64,000 nucleotides of DNA from Thaumarchaeota archaeon UBA164 (GTDB taxonomy: Archaea; Thermoproteota; Nitrososphaeria; Conexivisphaerales; UBA164): NCBI GenBank assembly GCA_002499005.1, contig DAJU01000010.1, positions 73,750 through 137,749 on the forward strand, in the 5' to 3' direction. This document shows, one piece after another, positions 27,425 to 36,535 of the stretch. Numbering within the stretch: the first letter of the stretch is position 1; every line of letters starts with the position of its first letter. A program made the position numbers and the translations under genes. Below the pieces are notes generated by a model. That model had not been told where the DNA came from. It searched no databases and saw only the letters and a program-made list of their open reading frames with translations.

Positions 27425-28972
27425 TCACAGCCCTGCAACGCTTCCGTCTGTTCTTAGATCAGCGCCGGCAGAAATCACGCCTTCAGCAGAGAGAATTATG
27501 CCCTGAGCATGACCAAGAGCTGATGAGAGTTCAGGCACAACGCTGACCTTAAGGCCGCAAAGGCCATCTGTTGCATAAGGCGCCAGCCCTTCTTCCACAA
27601 TCATCGTTGATGGGCTTTCATATATTGTATTTGGTATGCCCCATCTTGGCATATCTATTGCCTCTTGAACGTTCATTCCAAGGTCAACTATATCTGTTAT
27701 AAGCTGAACGTGTATCTGCGGCTGAAGATCAGCTCCCATTGACCCGATGGCAAAGGTCGTTCCGTCCTCAGATATGCCAAGCGCTGCTGAAAGCGTATGA
27801 AATGTCCTTTTGCGTGGAGCTAGGCTGTTATGATGTGATTCATCAAGCGTAAAGTACGAGCCCCTGTTGTTTAGAACTATGCCGGTTCCATCAGGCATTA
27901 AGCCTGAACCAAACCCCATGTAATTGCTCTGTATAATTGAGGCGAAGTTTCCCTCTGAATCAGCAACCACGAAGTATGTAGTGTCGCCGTTTTTATTTCC
28001 AGCGGCCCTGCCTCTCTTTTCTGCCATGTATTCATCGGTCGAGAAGAACTTATCAGTAATGGGCATAAGGTCCGGGTCTCCTATATAGCGGCTTCTCTTT
28101 TGGTCTACATATGCGTACGTTTCGCAGAATTCTCTTAAAAGGCTGCCAGCGTCCACAGGAAGAGACCCTAGTTCCTGTATCAGCTTCAGCCAAAGCAGAG
28201 CTGCAGCACCTTGGCTGTTTGGCGCAGTTTCATAAACTTTAAACCCTCTGTAGTTTATGTACAAGGGGTCCTGATAAAAGGATTGGTGTGACTTGAAGTC
28301 CTCGTGCGTCAAAATTCCGCCCTCCTTTTCAATGCCCTTAATGATCTTGTCCGCAAGGGCCCCCCGGTAAAACGTTTCGGGCCCTTCTTCTGCTATTGCT
28401 TTAAGGCTGTTGCCAAGGTCTCGCTGTTTAAGCATGAACCCTGGCATTGGCGCTTGACCGTTTACAAGAAATGTTTTGCCCCAGTTGCGGTAATTCCCCA
28501 GGGCGCTTATGGAGGACCTTATTGAATCGACATAGCTGTGCGTTAGCGGGAAGCCGTTCTCCGCAAGGTCTATTGCCGGCAGAAGCAGGTCCTTGAGCTC
28601 CATTGAGGCCAGGTCCTTATGGATTATACGCCATGCATCGACAATGCCTGGAACCGTTATAGCTGAAAGGGGCCCCCTTTCGGGTATTTTCGATAATCCC
28701 TTGCTTTTGTATAGCTCCAGCGTTGCCAGCTCCCCTGACCTGCCGCTGCCATTTATCCCGTATATTTTGTCCCCGATCTTTATTAGCCCAAACAGATCTC
28801 CCCCAAGCCCGTTTTGATCATTTCTTACCACCGACAGGACGGCGCTTGTAACAAGCGCGGCATCTGCTACGTTGCCTCCATTAAGCAAAGTAAGAGAGCC
28901 ATAATACGATGCAAGCGGATGCGCGCTTGCAACAAGCCATCGTTTACCCATTACTGGGCCGCGTCTGTGCAT
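27425..28972 (-). CDS. ggt: Gamma-glutamyltransferase family protein
   Basis: GGNVADAA, GLGGD, TVPG, PNSQG, GDTTYF (Ntn Thr), FGSG, GSMG. Confidence 0.9.
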   Translation of the reverse strand: MHRRGPVMGKRWLVASAHPLASYYGSLTLLNGGNVADAALVTSAVLSVVRNDQNGLGGDLFGLIKIGDKIYGINGSGRSGELATLELYKSKGLSKIPERGPLSAITVPGIVDAWRIIHKDLASMELKDLLLPAIDLAENGFPLTHSYVDSIRSSISALGNYRNWGKTFLVNGQAPMPGFMLKQRDLGNSLKAIAEEGPETFYRGALADKIIKGIEKEGGILTHEDFKSHQSFYQDPLYINYRGFKVYETAPNSQGAAALLWLKLIQELGSLPVDAGSLLREFCETYAYVDQKRSRYIGDPDLMPITDKFFSTDEYMAEKRGRAAGNKNGDTTYFVVADSEGNFASIIQSNYMGFGSGLMPDGTGIVLNNRGSYFTLDESHHNSLAPRKRTFHTLSAALGISEDGTTFAIGSMGADLQPQIHVQLITDIVDLGMNVQEAIDMPRWGIPNTIYESPSTMIVEEGLAPYATDGLCGLKVSVVPELSSALGHAQGIILSAEGVISAGADLRTDGSVAGL

Positions 28973-29134
28973 GTTGATTAATATTGAGACTGGTGTAGCT
29001 TAAATCTATTTGCCCAGGACGCATTTGCCTCTAGACCACCAGGCTGGCTCAAAACAACGTTAAATAAAGCTTTCATGCTGGCGGCTTAGCTTATTTGGGA
29101 ACGCGTTTAGCTTTTATATATTCGCCATTCAAAT

Positions 29135-29644
29135 ATGGCTATCATGGACCATCTGCAAAAGACCGCCAGCAACATAAAATTCTGCGTCATAACCGTAAGC
29201 AGCAGCAGATATCTTGAGAAAAACAAAGAGGATTTAAGCGGTGGAATTGCTGTTAAATTTTTAAAGAAAATAGGAAGGCCGTGCTGCCGGTTTCTGGTTC
29301 CTGACGTTTATGATTTAGTTCTTGAAAAGACACTAAAGTCCATGGAGCTAGGTGCTGAAGCTATAGTTTTAATTGGGGGCACAGGGGCCACCAAGGACGA
29401 TTTAAGCGACCTAGTTGTAGAGGGCATTTCAGAAAAGATCCTTTATGGATTTGGCGAGGAGTTTAGGAGAAGGAGCGTTGGGAGTTCAGGGTTAAACGGC
29501 ATCATTGGCAATGCGGTTCTTGGGCTAAGGGGGAACTCTGTTCTGCTTGCACTCCCAGGATCCCCAAACGCTGTAGAGCTGGGGGTAAATCTATTTATCG
29601 AAGTTGCTCCACATATTGTTGGTCAGAGGAGAAATGTCAAGTGA
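29135..29644 (+). CDS. moaB: Molybdenum cofactor biosynthesis protein MoaB/MogA
   Basis: ITVS, D.SG, GGTG...DD, GFGEEFR, LPGSPNAV. Confidence 0.85.
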   Translation: MAIMDHLQKTASNIKFCVITVSSSRYLEKNKEDLSGGIAVKFLKKIGRPCCRFLVPDVYDLVLEKTLKSMELGAEAIVLIGGTGATKDDLSDLVVEGISEKILYGFGEEFRRRSVGSSGLNGIIGNAVLGLRGNSVLLALPGSPNAVELGVNLFIEVAPHIVGQRRNVK

Positions 29645-30590
29645 AATAATGTGGGTGGAAAAATACAGGCCTCAGACGTTTAGCGAAGTTGCCAATCAGG
29701 TTGAAATAGTTGAACGATTAAAGGGGTTTGCAAAAAATCCGCTTGAAATGCCACACCTTTTATTTGCAGGCCCTCCAGGCACCGGAAAGACTACAATCGC
29801 ATTTGTTCTTGCCAGGGAAATACTTGGAGAAAACTGGAGGAGTTATACCCTTGAACTTAATGCCTCGGATACAAGGGGTATAGACACTGTAAGGACTACA
29901 ATAAAGAACTTTACCCGATTTGTCGATAAAACCTCTGGCATACCTTATAGGATAATAATACTTGATGAAGCTGACGAAATGACTTCTGACGCACAGACAG
30001 CCATGAGAAGGATTATGGAGGAGTCCTCAACAAATGCCAGGTTTATACTTATCGCAAACGTCTCAAGCAACATCATAGAGCCCATACAGAGCAGATGCGC
30101 TATATTCAGGTTTAAGCGGCTTGACGAAGACTCTGTTGTTAAGAGGCTAAACGAGATATGCAAAAAAGAGGGGGTGAAGTGCAGGGAGGATGCTCTCAAG
30201 TTCATTTATCAGGTAACTGAGGGCGATATGAGGAAAGCGATAAATCAGCTTCAGATGGCGGCTACGCTTGGCGAGGTAACCGTTGAAAACGTAAAGACCT
30301 CTATGGCAATGACAAGGGAGAATGACGTTAAACAGATGATTGAGCTGGCGCTTTCCGGCGACTACAGAAAGGCTAGAGAGTTGCTGTACAAGCTGCTGTT
30401 TATTTATGGGCTCCCGGAGGAGGATGTCCTTAGGCTTATGTTTACAGGTGTTATGGGGAGAAACGACGTTGACACGGCTGCCGCATCAAGGCTGTTTTCT
30501 GAATACGACTACAGGCTCATTCAGGGGGCTCATCCTGATATTCAGCTGTCCGCCCTGCTGGCTGAGTTGCAGTCAATAAAAGCTAAGTAA
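29634..30590 (+). CDS. rfcS: Replication factor C small subunit
   Basis: WVEKYRP, GPPGTGKTT, LELNASD, LDEAD, SRC; no intein. Confidence 0.96.
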   Translation: MSSEIMWVEKYRPQTFSEVANQVEIVERLKGFAKNPLEMPHLLFAGPPGTGKTTIAFVLAREILGENWRSYTLELNASDTRGIDTVRTTIKNFTRFVDKTSGIPYRIIILDEADEMTSDAQTAMRRIMEESSTNARFILIANVSSNIIEPIQSRCAIFRFKRLDEDSVVKRLNEICKKEGVKCREDALKFIYQVTEGDMRKAINQLQMAATLGEVTVENVKTSMAMTRENDVKQMIELALSGDYRKARELLYKLLFIYGLPEEDVLRLMFTGVMGRNDVDTAAASRLFSEYDYRLIQGAHPDIQLSALLAELQSIKAK

Positions 30591-30598
30591 AATATCAG

Positions 30599-30613
30599 TG
30601 CAATATTCTTGCA
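30599..30613. promoter_or_regulatory. Palindromic operator candidate TGCAA-N5-TTGCA, site 1
   Basis: TGCAA TATTC TTGCA; the same arms recur at 30671-30685. Confidence 0.55.
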
Positions 30614-30670
30614 TTTAGCCTAAAGCGAATTTACAGGGATAATAAGCAATAATTTTTCGCTGAACAATTT

Positions 30671-30685
30671 TGCAAACTTATTGCA
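30671..30685. promoter_or_regulatory. Palindromic operator candidate TGCAA-N5-TTGCA, site 2
   Basis: TGCAA ACTTA TTGCA overlapping the TTG start of the wHTH gene. Confidence 0.55.
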
Positions 30686-31589
30686 AGAAAAGGTTAAATC
30701 TGCAGAATATTTAACACCAAATAAAGTTTTGGAAAAGGAGGAGGAAAGGCTAAGGCGGGTGTATAGAACTCTTGCTAGCAAAAATGCTATTGCCTTGCTG
30801 AGGGAGCTTTCAAAGGGCCTTAAGATTGATGATAGCGCCCTGAACCGACTTAACATGAATAAGAGAACCGCATACTATTTGTTAAAGGAAATGAAGGAAG
30901 AGGGCCTTGTTATAAAGAAGGGGTCTGTTTATACCCTATCCCTCCTTGGGTCATTCATTTTAGGTGTCCAGGAGGAGATGCATTCATTTATAAGAAACGA
31001 AGAAGCCGTTACTCAGCTCAATGAACTCTTGTTTAGCTCAAACGTGTTCACAGTAACAAATGAACTCTTGAAGAGCCTTGAAAACATAGTAGGAATTTCA
31101 AACCTAGAGCCAATAAAAATATATACGGAATGGGATCAGCTTGTGCACTCGCTTGTTCCACGGTTAAAGAACGCAAGGAACTCAATAAACCTTGCGAGCA
31201 GATACCTTAATTCTGAGGTGCTCTGGGCTCTTCTTGAGGCGGCTAACAGAGGGGTCGTGGTTAAAATACTAGGGAACTCGTCAAACCAGGCTGACAGGGC
31301 CAAGTTTTACCTTGCGATAAACCTTAATGAGGAGGTTAAGAAGGTCGCCAAGTTTCTGTACTCGCTCCCCAATGTACAGGTCAGGATTGCTCCTCTAAAT
31401 TACAGCTATATAGTTATAGACCAAGAGGACGTTGGGATAGAAGTCCCAAGCCCACTTAACGATTCGTTCCTTTTTGGCGTTCAGTTCAAAAGCCCTGTAT
31501 TAGCTGAGAGGATGAACCGAGTCTATCAGGAGATATTCTCAAAGGCCCAAGTAGACAGCGTTATCATCTCGCTGTTACAGGAGGGGTGA
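30681..31589 (+). CDS. Transcriptional regulator: N-terminal wHTH plus PLD-like (TrmB-type) effector domain
   Basis: wHTH (YYLLKEMKEEGLVIKKGSVYTLSLLG); NARNSINLAS, AANRGVVVKIL, YIVIDQ PLD-fold without HxK. Confidence 0.75.
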   Translation: MQEKVKSAEYLTPNKVLEKEEERLRRVYRTLASKNAIALLRELSKGLKIDDSALNRLNMNKRTAYYLLKEMKEEGLVIKKGSVYTLSLLGSFILGVQEEMHSFIRNEEAVTQLNELLFSSNVFTVTNELLKSLENIVGISNLEPIKIYTEWDQLVHSLVPRLKNARNSINLASRYLNSEVLWALLEAANRGVVVKILGNSSNQADRAKFYLAINLNEEVKKVAKFLYSLPNVQVRIAPLNYSYIVIDQEDVGIEVPSPLNDSFLFGVQFKSPVLAERMNRVYQEIFSKAQVDSVIISLLQEG

Positions 31590-32476
31590 TGAATAATATG
31601 AGACATCCAAGCCCGCATGGCGTTCTTTTGCTGATAAGGAGCAGGGTTGTGGCGGTTCTGCTTTACTCTACCGGCATAGCTAGCAATATGGTTGCGCTTG
31701 CAGGCCTAAGGATAAACATAACAACGCTCATAGTTGGAACTGTTATAGCTTTTCTTGCAACTATAAGTTCCTATATACTTAGCGACCTGATGGACCTAAA
31801 GGAGGACATGCTAAATAGCCCCAACAGGCCGCTCCCATCAGGAAAGGCAAAAAAGGAGGATGCTGTTTTCCTTATAATAACAGGCGTTGTTATCTCTTCT
31901 GTAACTGCGTTTAAGCTATTTGGTCCTGTTCCCTTTGCGCTTGTTGTGCTTTCGTTTATCCTTGGAAGCTCCTATTCGCTCCCCGGAATAAGGGGAAAGA
32001 GTCAGTTCTGGTCAAAGGCCATTCTCAGTGCGCTTGGGGGGTTTGTAGGAAGCTTTACAGGGGCATCAATCCTTGGCCTTTATACGATATATGCCCTTGA
32101 CATAGCCACGGTCAATGGCTTGCTAATAATGCTGCTTGTTATGATAGGTGACATCATAGATTATGATGGAGATAAGGCAACCGGCGTTAGATCGCTTGCA
32201 GTAGTATTTGGCAGGGAAACCGCGCTTAAGGTGATGAAAATAACTGTCATGGTCTTGATGGCCCTTGCTTTGTTTGCCTTTAAATTAAGATACCCGGCCG
32301 TAAATCCAGTTTATCTTGTTATAACCTTTGGAGCTTCTGCGTTCACGTTTGTTTCATTTAGCAGGCTTGCGAAGAAAGGATTTGAAAGGCATGAAGCTAA
32401 ACATGTAAAACAGGTTCTGCGGGCTTTTTACTTTATAGTACAAACCGCAAACATTTTATCAGCAATCATAATTTAG
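31586..32476 (+). CDS. UbiA-family prenyltransferase (DGGGP synthase-like)
   Basis: DLMDLKEDMLNSPNRPLPSG, YS, DIIDYDGDKATG Asp-rich motifs; multi-TM. Confidence 0.87.
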   Translation: MMNNMRHPSPHGVLLLIRSRVVAVLLYSTGIASNMVALAGLRINITTLIVGTVIAFLATISSYILSDLMDLKEDMLNSPNRPLPSGKAKKEDAVFLIITGVVISSVTAFKLFGPVPFALVVLSFILGSSYSLPGIRGKSQFWSKAILSALGGFVGSFTGASILGLYTIYALDIATVNGLLIMLLVMIGDIIDYDGDKATGVRSLAVVFGRETALKVMKITVMVLMALALFAFKLRYPAVNPVYLVITFGASAFTFVSFSRLAKKGFERHEAKHVKQVLRAFYFIVQTANILSAIII

Positions 32477-32497
32477 CCCTGAGTCCTTAGATAGTTT

Positions 32498-32986
32498 GTG
32501 AAGGGCAGGTACATACTTGATTCAGCGGCCTTATTCAAAATAGGCATAGTTGACCCAGAGCTTGCTTACACTACGCAAGAAAACGTTGACGAAGTCATAG
32601 TTGAATATGAAAAAGCTCTTGTGTTAAAATACATAAGAGAGGGGCGGCTAATAATAAAGGAGCCTGATGACGATCACTACAAAAAGGCTCTAAAGGTAGC
32701 TGATCCTAAGCTTTCATCTGCTGACATAAAGACGCTTGCCCTAGCTGTTGAAATAAACGAGAAAGATAATGTCCCTGTTGTTACTGACGACTACAGTCTT
32801 CAAAATGCGCTCTCTAGGCTGGGAATAAGGTTTATGCCGTTAAAGACAAATGGGATAAGGAAAACTTACAAATGGACTTATCGCTGTGAGTGGTGTGGCT
32901 CTTACTTTCATGATGAGCTAAAAGAGTGCCCAAAGTGCGGAGGGCCCATCAGGCGCGTAGTTTTCCCTGTTAAACATCGCAAATAG
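32498..32986 (+). CDS. nob1: Nob1-family PIN endonuclease with Zn ribbon
   Basis: ILDSAA, LSSAD, TDDYSLQN, CEWC...CPKCG. Confidence 0.9.
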   Translation: MKGRYILDSAALFKIGIVDPELAYTTQENVDEVIVEYEKALVLKYIREGRLIIKEPDDDHYKKALKVADPKLSSADIKTLALAVEINEKDNVPVVTDDYSLQNALSRLGIRFMPLKTNGIRKTYKWTYRCEWCGSYFHDELKECPKCGGPIRRVVFPVKHRK

Positions 32987-32987
32987 A

Positions 32988-34226
32988 TCATTTAAGCCTT
33001 TCCTGAATGTATGGGCCAAGGGCGTTTAAGTCCACAGCTGCCTCCTCACGCTTAAGCAGGTCCTTTACCTTTACTTGCCCGCGGGAAAGCTCTTCTGGAA
33101 GCACCAGAACCGCTAACCTAAAGTAGCCTTTTTCGGCATCTGAAAGTTGTGTTGAAAGCTTTGCAGGCCTCATCAGCCGCGCAGGTACGCCGTAATCTCT
33201 GAGAATTTCAGACACTGCCATTGCCCTTTCTCTGAGCTGTTCCAAGTAGCAAACAGCGACGCTAATCTTTGGCGCTGAAGCGCCTGAAACTACAAGCGCA
33301 ATTCTGTCAACTCCTCCTGCGGCGCCAAGAGCCTTTAGCTCCGGTCTCCCAAAAAGTGACGGCAAAACATCGTATCCGCCTCCTCCGGCAAGGGCACCAA
33401 CGTCGCGTTTTGATGTTGAGTAGGCTTCAAAGACTATATCTGTATAATAGTCAAGGCCCCTGACAACACTAAGGTCAAATTTAACAGGAATGTTCATTGA
33501 CTTTGAAAGATCAAGAAGCCGAAGTAGCTCGCCGGCCCTTTCACTTATCGCCGGAATGGAATTCAAGTCCGCATCCGCAAGGTCTAAGGCAGCCCTTACG
33601 TCTTCTTCGTTATAGCCCTTCTGCACGTACTCGCTTATTATTTCGCCCTTTTCCTTCTTGCCCAACTTATCAATTGCCCTTAAAAGGCCATCATCGACTC
33701 TTCCCATAATTGATGTAAGCGCCGCTTCAACCACCCTTCTGTCATTCACCTTTATGATAAGGTCGTTTATTCCCAGGTCCCTGAATACCCTGTATACCAA
33801 CGAAAGGAGCTCAAGATAGTCATACTGATCCTTTGAGACCCCGTACTCTTCGACATCCCATTGATAGAACCACCGGTACCTGCCAAACTGTGGCTCGTCA
33901 TATCGCCATACTCCTGCAAACGAAGCTGCTCTGAAAGGAAGAGGAATATCCCTACGTGAACAAACATATCTCGTTATGCCGACTGTAAGGTCAAACCTAA
34001 GTCCAAGATCCCTTCCGGCCTTATCCTTAAACGCGTATATTTCATTAACAACTTCTTCGCCGCTCTTGGCCTTCAGAGTATCAAGAAGCTCTATTGAAGC
34101 TGGCTCCATTAGGTTGTAGCCGTAAAGCGTTGAGTTTTTTACAAATACATCCCTTATTCTCTCAAGCGTCAAGTAGCTTTCTGGATCGTAGTCTCTAAGC
34201 CCCCGTGGGAGCTCAAAGTACTTCAT
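32988..34226 (-). CDS. hisS: Histidine--tRNA ligase
   Basis: PRGLRD, LRFDLT, RYDEPQFGRYR, RGLDYY, GGG.YD. Confidence 0.95.
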   Translation of the reverse strand: MKYFELPRGLRDYDPESYLTLERIRDVFVKNSTLYGYNLMEPASIELLDTLKAKSGEEVVNEIYAFKDKAGRDLGLRFDLTVGITRYVCSRRDIPLPFRAASFAGVWRYDEPQFGRYRWFYQWDVEEYGVSKDQYDYLELLSLVYRVFRDLGINDLIIKVNDRRVVEAALTSIMGRVDDGLLRAIDKLGKKEKGEIISEYVQKGYNEEDVRAALDLADADLNSIPAISERAGELLRLLDLSKSMNIPVKFDLSVVRGLDYYTDIVFEAYSTSKRDVGALAGGGGYDVLPSLFGRPELKALGAAGGVDRIALVVSGASAPKISVAVCYLEQLRERAMAVSEILRDYGVPARLMRPAKLSTQLSDAEKGYFRLAVLVLPEELSRGQVKVKDLLKREEAAVDLNALGPYIQERLK

Positions 34227-34275
34227 GCGCTACCTGAAGGCAGGCGAATATTTATCCCTTTGCGCCTAAAGCGAA

Positions 34276-34530
34276 CTAAAAGTCAAAGTCCCCGATAGCT
34301 GCTGCGGCCTTCTCGTCATAAAGCTCAACCCTTTTCTCGCTTTTTGTGGCCCTGCTGACATGAACTAGCCCAGATATCTCAAGATAGAAAAGCTCTCTCT
34401 GCAGATCTCTATATGTTATTGTTGAATCACTCTTTTGAAGCTCGTTAAGCAGCTCCCTGTCAGTCATCGCCCTTTCCCTCTTAAGTATTTCAAGTATGGC
34501 CAGCCTGAGCTCTATCATCTGTTTGACCAT
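34276..34530 (-). CDS. Small winged-helix domain protein
   Basis: 84 aa; ILEILK...TDRELLNEL...L..LEISGLVHV. Confidence 0.7.
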   Translation of the reverse strand: MVKQMIELRLAILEILKRERAMTDRELLNELQKSDSTITYRDLQRELFYLEISGLVHVSRATKSEKRVELYDEKAAAAIGDFDF

Positions 34531-34589
34531 ATGAACGCCAGCTTAAACGGTTTATGCACAATTTATGGGTTCCTCATCGCCTGGTACCA

Positions 34590-34917
34590 GCTTCTTCCGC
34601 AGCGCAGGGGACATATGGGCTGACGCTAAGGGCCGTTATGTCACCCCTTAAGGCGCTTCTATTCCCTGCTTTATCTGGCTTTAAACAACATCAAGTTGCT
34701 CTTTATGACATACGCCCTTGGCTTTTTTATTTTTGCAGCCAACAGCAGAAGACCATTTCAAGCTACCGCGTAGCCTGTGAACCATCTCTCTTCAGGGAAC
34801 AGCCATTAAGTGACAACCATTCCTAGCGCCTTTGTCTGCCGCAAAGGCACAGTTTTAGTTGGCCCGGCCTAAGAAGCGCCGGCCCGCGGTGAACTGCAAG
34901 GCCTTTCTTCTGAACAA
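34590..34917. repeat. Dispersed 328-bp structured non-coding repeat, copy 1
   Basis: Direct-orientation match to 58835-59163 with 6 substitutions and 1 indel by manual alignment. Confidence 0.95.
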
Positions 34918-35194
34918 GTGCACTTATAGGCCAAATGGCTGCGGCCTATTTAAATGCCAGCGTGGCTTGTCAACCACGCGCTTAGGGCGTCAATTAGAAC
35001 ACCTTACCGGCTTATGCGAAATACCACTTACACAAATAAATCAAAAAACAACGATTTGAGCTTGATGCTGGCTAAATTAATTTTACTCCGGGAAGTACGG
35101 GCTTTTGCCGTAGTCGGCTCAGTGCTCAAGATCTTAATCATTAAATCATCTGGGCCACACATCATTGCCAAGCATTAATTAAATATTAATTAAT

Positions 35195-36337
35195 TTATTT
35201 CCTTTCCTGCAAAGGAATGTATTTCCTTTCCTGCGGTCCCACATAAACTGCACGTGGCCGTATTAGCCTGTGCTGCTCCTCTACGTATTCAATAAAATGC
35301 GCCGTCCAACCAGTGACCCTTGAAAGCGCGAATAAGGCGGTGTATATGTTATTCTGAAGCGGAAAGCCTAGAGCCATGTAGACTATACCTGAGTAAAAGT
35401 CTGTATTTGGATAGATGCCCCTTGGCCCAAATTTATTAACCCCAAGTTTCTCAAGCTTCGTTGCTATTTCATAAAGGTTCTTTGCCTCACCTGTAAGGCC
35501 TATGTTCTCTGCTATTGACTTGAATATCTTTGCGCGTGGATCATAGGTCTTGTAGACCCTATGGCCGAAGCCCATAAGCCTTTTTTTACCGGAGTCTATG
35601 TTCTCCTTGAACCAGCTTTCAACCATGTCAGGGCTTCCTATTTCCTTGAACTGCATAGCTGCGGCCTCTGCGGCCCCACCATGCAACGGCCCCTTCAGCG
35701 CGGCAAGGGCTCCGGCAACACCAGAGTACATATCCGCCATTGTTGAGACAACCACAAGGCCTGCTGTGGTGGATGCAGGGACCTCATGGTCCAGATAAAG
35801 TATTAACGCCGTATTAAGCGCTGCGACGGCCCTTTCTGATGGCTCACTGTCAAATACTGCGCTTAAGAAGCTTCTTGCAAGGCTGTCTGAGCTTTTGAGC
35901 TTTACAGGCTCTTTGCCAAGGACATGCCTTATGCCTGTTGCAGTTATTGATGCCATCTGCCCTATCAGCTTTGCAGCATAATCTCTGTTTGTCGCCTTAT
36001 CCCACTTGAACGGCTCCGTTGCAGCAAGAGCCGCTATTGCGTTCATTTGAAGGGCAACTACATCAGATGATCGCGGGAGGTTAGTTATAGCGTTTAAGAC
36101 GTAATCAGGGACGTCGTATCCTGCCTCAATCTTTTCCCTGAACAGGTCCAGCTGGGATCTGTTGGGAAGTTCTCCGTTAAGAAACAGATACTGTATTTCC
36201 TCAGCCAATGCGCCAGCGTTAATTATGTCCTCTATTTGATAGCCCGAGTACCTGAGTATCCCCTTTTCTCCATCTATTGTAGTTAGCTTTGTCCATTTGA
36301 TATTTACGTCCTCTAAGCCCTTGCTTATGCTTTCCAT
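35195..36337 (-). CDS. gltA: Citrate synthase
   Basis: DHEVPAST, GPLHGGA, MGFGHRVYK.YDPRA, YPNTDF. Confidence 0.95.
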   Translation of the reverse strand: MESISKGLEDVNIKWTKLTTIDGEKGILRYSGYQIEDIINAGALAEEIQYLFLNGELPNRSQLDLFREKIEAGYDVPDYVLNAITNLPRSSDVVALQMNAIAALAATEPFKWDKATNRDYAAKLIGQMASITATGIRHVLGKEPVKLKSSDSLARSFLSAVFDSEPSERAVAALNTALILYLDHEVPASTTAGLVVVSTMADMYSGVAGALAALKGPLHGGAAEAAAMQFKEIGSPDMVESWFKENIDSGKKRLMGFGHRVYKTYDPRAKIFKSIAENIGLTGEAKNLYEIATKLEKLGVNKFGPRGIYPNTDFYSGIVYMALGFPLQNNIYTALFALSRVTGWTAHFIEYVEEQHRLIRPRAVYVGPQERKYIPLQERK

Positions 36338-36535
36338 GTTCCCTCGCCTTTTAGACTATTGACAAAAATTGGCATGTGTATAGAAAGCTTTATAATTTTT
36401 CTCATTTTTGGGTCGTGCGTTTATTTATTTATAGATAATATAAGCGTTTCTTTTTTCATCTTTGTGAATAATACAGAATCATCCTGAACCAGTGACAGCA
36501 ATAACTTAAAATACTAACAATTGTTGATCCCAGAT

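Noticed and set aside
34554..34826. Plus-strand ORF in repeat copy 1 and its counterpart 58811-59026
   Set aside because: Different starts outside the repeat, frame broken by a T indel between copies, no recognisable motifs
34590..34917. Repeat as CRISPR array, classical MITE, RNase P or SRP RNA
   Set aside because: No periodic repeat-spacer units, no terminal inverted repeats or target duplication, and no RNase P or SRP signature motif seen
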